A DNA stretch of 64,000 nucleotides from the human T2T-CHM13v2.0 reference genome, Homo sapiens: NCBI RefSeq assembly GCF_009914755.1, contig NC_060934.1; one strand, written 5' to 3'. Position numbers and translations under genes: made by a program. A model generated the notes under the pieces. It was not told the DNA's origin. It was given only the letters and a program-made list of their open reading frames with translations, and ran no database searches. Below, one piece after another: positions 57,491 to 64,000 of this stretch (its first letter is position 1; every line of letters begins with the position of its first letter).

Positions 57491-58159
57491 CCGTGCCTTG
57501 GCTGCATCTTTCTCCAAAAGCTGCGTCTCTACACCCAGATCTGTATCTCTAGTCTTGACTTTTCTCTTGAATGCTGGACTCAGAATTCACATGTCCAATA
57601 AACGTTTTATTGGAATTCACCAGCATCAAAAATAAACAAAATCTGACCTACCCAGAATCCTATTTCTTGGCATCTGAGCCCCTTAAGGAGAGTACATGAA
57701 TTTATTCAACACAAATTGATTTAAAATAGCAGAAAGTCATAAGTCAGTTAATTGCCGAAACAATAAAAGAAACTGTTAAGTCAGTAATAGTATATCCTCT
57801 GGATGGGATGGGAGGGATACACGAAAAGTAATAAATATGAAGATTATGTAGCATTTTTGAAATATCACATGACGAAAAGAAAAAACCATCATGTGATATG
57901 CACTCTCACTGCAATTGTAAACAGAAAGATGTATATAAAAATATAGGAATAAAAAATGGATGACAATTGGGCTGAAATGGTGACATTGTGGATAATTTAT
58001 TATTTTTCCTCTTCCCACTTCTCAATTTTCTTTTATATTACTTTAGTAACAATAATAAATATATGAAAATATGTATTCTGTAAGCGTATAATATATACAT
58101 TTTATATATGTTTTATATTATATAGAATAACTAATAAATATACTAAAATAATATTTCTT

Positions 58160-58346
<187 letters not shown>

Positions 58347-58689
58347 TAATAATGTACAAGTGTATTTTTAAAAATTAAAACAAACTGTCTGAAATGGAAC
58401 TTGTCATTTCACACCTCTTGCTCTTTCTTTCTTTATTTTCTTTCTTCCCTGGACTTGGTTAAAGGCATTAGCATCCTGTTAGTGGTCCAGGCTAGAAACT
58501 TGTGTCATCATTCTGTCTTCTGTATTTCTTCACTTATCTTTCTATACAACTAAGCTTTGAATACTCTGATTTCTACTTCTCCAGTATCTCTGCAATGAGT
58601 AATTGCTAAATAATTAATAGAATACAGGTAAAATTACCTATAAAATTGCATAGAACTATACTAATATCTACTAGGTCTCATTCCCTTCT

Positions 58690-58880
58690 TCACTGCTTAT
58701 TATCTGAGTGAGCTTGGGCAAGTTTCCCAATCATTCTGGACATTGGTTTTTCTCATCTGCAGTGTGAGGATGGCATATTTGCCTTAGGTATAATTTTGTG
58801 AGAATTGAATTATCCTATCTAGGTAATGCCTCATTCGGTGCCTGGAATATAGCAGGCACGTAATACATAGTAGTTACTAT
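58690..58880 (+). mobile_element. MIR relic
   Basis: GTGAGCTTGGGCAAGTT...TTTCTCATCTG...GTGCCTGGAATATAG. Confidence 0.7.
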
Positions 58881-59937
58881 ATGGCACTTAAGAACCTTTG
58901 GATAAAGCCATTAATACTAGAAAGTTCTTCTAGCACTTTAGTGAGAAAAGCAAACGCACTCTTTTGTAGAGACCCCATCTCTACAAAACAAAAAAAAACA
59001 AAACAAAAAACCAAAACCCACAAACACACATGTAAATTAAAAAGCGGGACTCTCTTCCGAAATATTTGTATCCAAATATATTCTCAGTAACTCTCCAGTA
59101 CGATGGCAAACCAACTAACCTCAGGTGGCTGCAGAACAAGTTTATAATCAGAAATAAGACGCAGAAAAATATCAATGGCCTTGTGTTCCATATTACTCTC
59201 CCATCAGTAGAGGCCGTATCTTTCACTCTTTATGGTAATTGCCCAGTGATCTGCTTAAAGTGCTTAACGTACTTAGAGGGGCCTGCTGATAGCATCTTAT
59301 CAGGGCTCAGAGCAGTGGCCTCTGGGAGCACCCAGGAGCTGGGGCTGGTTCTGCCAGATGTGTCGTTTAATTTCACAAAAAGTCCCTGGGTGTCACAGAC
59401 ACTAAACTGTGTTTGCCCGTGGCTTTGCCATTGGGTCTGACTTCACTCCCTGCCTCCCCAGATGAGGGTATGGATCTCCTTCCTCTGAGGCTTTAAGGGT
59501 TCATTGAAACAAAATAGGCCTGGGTTGCTCATCCCTTAAGCCAGCGTTCTGAGGAATTCCATTGCAGTTGCTCTGGAAGACCTTTTCACGTTAAACAAAT
59601 GACTCTGCTGGCAGGAAAATTGACCCCTCTTCTTCTAGAAGTCTATTAATATGCACAGTGAGAGCTTATTGGCATCGAGGGCTCCCATATAAAATGGCCC
59701 AATTTCACTTCCAATAAAAGCTCATTCTTCTCATAGAAATGTCACCTCCATCCAGTGACATGCATTGTTCTCCAAATTCACATCAAGTTTAGGAATTTAT
59801 AGATCCACACTCAGAGGGTTAATAGTGGTTCGAGATGCTTTGCAGAGTAAAGAAGACTTGGCCTGTGAGGAGTGATAGGCCCCTCCCTAGCTGGTCCTTT
59901 GATTCCTTTTCTTTCACTTATGTCCCCATATGATGCG

Positions 59938-60309
59938 TGATATGGTTTGGCTGTGTCCCCACACAAATCTCATCTTGAATGATAGTTCCCATAATACTAC
60001 CTGTTGTGGGAGAGACTAGGTGGGAGGTAATTGAATCATGGCGGCTGTTACCCCCATGCTGCTGTTCTCATGATAGTAATTTCTCACAAGATTTGATGGT
60101 TTTATAAGGAGCTTTTTCTCCTTTTGCTCAGCATTTCTCCTTGCTGCCGCCATGTGAAGAAAGACGTATTAGTTCTCTTTCTGCCATGATTGTAAGTTTC
60201 CTGAGGCCTCCCCAGCCACGCTGAACTGTGAGTTCATTAAACCTCTCTCCTTTATAAGTTACCCAGTCCAGGTGTATCTTTATTAGCAGCATGAGAATGG
60301 ACAAATACA
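59938..60309 (+). mobile_element. THE1 (THE1C/B-like) solo LTR
   Basis: TGATATGGTTTGGCTGTGTCCCCAC...GAGGCCTCCCCAGCCA...GGACAAATACA complete MaLR LTR. Confidence 0.92.
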
Positions 60310-61328
60310 CTGCTCTACTCCCACCTCAGTGCCATCTGGGGCGTTCTGAAAGCTAGCATCCTTCCTTTGTTTAGTGCTTTCAGGAATGAAAAAGCACACT
60401 TAATTTTGAAGCTGGGAACCCATATGAGGCACTTGTAACTGAACAGTATGCCCCCCAGTTTAGCATGCATGTGCACACACACTCATATGAAAATTTAATA
60501 CCCAATGCACTTGTTTACTTTCAAATTTGTCCTTTAGACTGTATATGGGTAAAGTAATTCAGAAATTTACAAAATACCTCACTTTCTATATGTCTATATT
60601 CTATTTTGGTTAGTCAATCACATCCTTTTCATATTTCACCCAAATCTTCCCAAGTGGCCCATGCTGTTTGAAATCATAATTACAGACATCACTTTGATGT
60701 TACTTTTTATTCTTAACTTGGCCATCATTCACAGCTGCTTCTGCTTCAATTGAACGAGGCACTGAAAAAAGGGAAGATATTATATAAATTAAATTTTCAT
60801 TGCTCTGTAACATATCAAAAGATTGCACCATTTCTGATTTACAGTTAGGATTGGAAATTAACTTCAAAAGGCAAGAAATGGAAAAGTGGAGGCATATTCT
60901 TTCATGGCTTATTACTGAAAAGGGAGAAGTGATGTAATGATAACAAAAAGGTTTCTCTTCTTGAACAGAAGAAGGAATATCCTTTCCTCTTACACCTGTG
61001 TATTTATACCCATTTGTAAGCTTTGCCTACCACTTAACCCTGTGGACTCACAACTATGATGCAAGCAACCCTTGTATTGCAATCCTTACTGCATGACAGA
61101 CCTATGGAGTGACAGAAATTAGAGCTTGAAAATATATCAAAAGATTGAAAAAAAATCCCAGCCTATTGCTCTTAGGCAAATGTGGTATTAATGAAAACAT
61201 TTCTAGATGCAACACATTTCAAAGAGTTTATCTGTCCAGCTTGCACCTGGTGAGTGGTAAATGGAACCTGGAACTGGGTCATCTGCCTGCTAGTTCAGTT
61301 TTCTTCCCCTTGTTACACAAAGACCTAA

Positions 61329-61695
<367 letters not shown>

Positions 61696-62139
61696 GGTGC
61701 TCGCAAATTCTGAGACCTCCTGGATTCCTTCTTTATCTCATGTTTACTCCTAGACCTCACAGTTCCTTCTCCTGTCTTAACCTTGTCACACTGAGTCTTT
61801 GGCTTCTACCAGTGAGTGTCCTTAGCCCTCATTATCATAAGGTGCCTCCCAACTTCTCAAATCTTGCATCTGATGCTCCCATCTCCAACCACAGCCCCTT
61901 TCATGGTTATCTTTTCCACGGCTCTGTACCAATGAATCTTTTTTGCTTCTACTCAGTCTTTTTACCTAGCAGTTATCCTCTCTTAACTATGTGTATCTGC
62001 CTCAGAATCCACACCAACAGCCACTTGGATAATACTGTACCCTCATTAAAATTCTAGCATCCTTCATCTTCTTTTCCTTTGCATATACTAACTTTATCCC
62101 CTGATCACCTCGACCGCTGACTTTGCCTTCTGATGCCCT

Positions 62140-62380
62140 GAGAACATATATTCTCATCACTCCATGGGCCCGAGGCACTTTTACCTTCATGGGTCCCTTC
62201 CTGCATTAAAAAAATTTAAAGATATATTTTATGACTGCTTTGGTATAAAGGTAAATCTAATCTTCTACCCTAAAAATTTGTTTTTATCCTCTGATCTTAA
62301 AAGGAATTAAAGCCTTTTTCTAGACCCCTAAAATTATTGTAGGCAGTGAGCTCTGTGCCTGCTGGATATATTGCCTCTGG
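62140..62380. mobile_element. MER96B-like hAT DNA transposon relic
   Basis: GGGCCCGAGGCACTTTTACCTTCATGGGTCCCTTCC...TTGGTATAAAG...CCCCTAAAA resembles recalled MER96B. Confidence 0.6.
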
Positions 62381-62497
62381 GGTCAGGCCACAGAAAGGTA
62401 CAGATGTGATCCTATTTAGAATCAACTGTAACGGGGCTTTGAGAGCAGCCTGGTGATCGTCTATTGTTTATTCCTCACATCCTCCATTGATATCTAA

Positions 62498-62884
<387 letters not shown>

Positions 62885-63106
62885 TTTATTTTTCATTTAC
62901 AAAGAAAATTAAACCCACACAACAAGGTCAAGTATCTCCCTGTCTCATCCTTAAAGCCTTTCTGTCTTTATACCCATCCTCCTACCTTGCTCTTGTTTTG
63001 CTGAGGTGGAGGTAGAGGGTGTCCTTTCATTATTATTTTTTTTCTAAGTCTGTCCTGACACTGTGTCTCTGATGCTTTGATGCTAGCTCCTTGCAATAAT
63101 TCTCCT

Positions 63107-63468
63107 TCTTTTTTAAAAAAATTTTACTTTAAGTTCTGGGATACATGTGAAGAACGTGCAGGTTTGTTGTATACATGTGTCATGGTGGTTTGCTGCACCT
63201 ATCAACCCGTCATCTAGGTTTTAAGCACCACAGGCATTATGTATTTGTCCTAATGCTCTCCCTCTTCCTGTCCCCCACCTCCTGACATGCAGCCATAAGA
63301 AAGAATGAGTTCATGTCCTTTGCAGGGACATGGATAAAGTCAGAAACCATCATTCTCAGCAAACAAACACAGGAACAGAAAACCAAACACCGCATGTTCT
63401 CACTTATAAGTGGGAGTTGAACAAAGAGAACACATGGACACAGGGAGGTGAACATCACATATTGGGGC
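63107..63468 (-). mobile_element. L1PA 3' fragment with 5' inversion (twin priming)
   Basis: Antisense terminus 63107-63287 fused to sense upstream segment 63288-63468; degenerate TSD at 63093-63110 and 63467-63484. Confidence 0.9.
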
Positions 63469-64000
63469 AAGAATTCTCTTTCTTTCAATTCTCTTGTCCC
63501 TTAACTCCTCCCCATCTGCTCTCAGACCATTGTACATCTTTCCATGCCAAAAAAAGTTTGCTTTGAGCCTACTCTCTCCTCAGTCCTTCCTTCTCTCTCT
63601 ATTTAATTAATTCGTTTATTTTTTTGGTTAGGCTCTCAGTTTATTACATTGGCTTCTGTGTCCTCTATGTCACTTCTTTTCTTGGAATTAAATGTATTGA
63701 ATTTAAAAGTTATAATATACATGTATTGTAAAAACCAGGAAACACTGACAGTATAAGGTAAAAAACAGATTCCCTATCATTTCATAATCACATGACCTCT
63801 GGAATCCCTTTGCTTCATTCCTTACCAATGACCATTCTATTCCTAATTTATTTTCCAAGTCAATATTGACTCTTCATTTTCAAAAAATAGAGACTGTCTT
63901 CCATTTTGGGTAAGTCTATGTGTCTTAGATTCAACTGTGTACATTATTGGGAAACATGGACTAGAAATAGGCTGGAAAAACTAGGGGGACTGAGGCAGCT

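Overview
Primate, most likely human, genomic DNA, judged from the Alu, L1PA, THE1/MST and MER57 content. It reads as intronic or intergenic. I recognise no protein-coding exon, RNA gene, processed pseudogene or NUMT; the supplied ORFs are Alu/L1 translations or short random frames. The window holds about 38 Alu/FLAM elements, several 5'-truncated L1 3' ends, solo LTRs (MLT2, MER57, MSTB, MLT1, THE1), DNA transposon relics (MER47, MER5, MER96B), L2/MIR relics and microsatellites. The most distinctive item is a 116-bp interstitial telomeric array at 37781-37896 with an amplified variant hexamer. Other points of interest: two CpG-retaining zones (about 15.6-16.8 kb around a strong CTCF motif, and about 53.5-54.9 kb), a convergent CTCF motif pair, two re-insertions into the same target site, a twin-primed L1, chimeric Alu trimers, a solo poly(A) insertion and several near-perfect hairpins. 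I found no convincing new biological system, and I cannot name the locus. Repeat subfamily calls come from recalled consensus sequences; boundaries are approximate unless a target-site duplication (TSD) is quoted.
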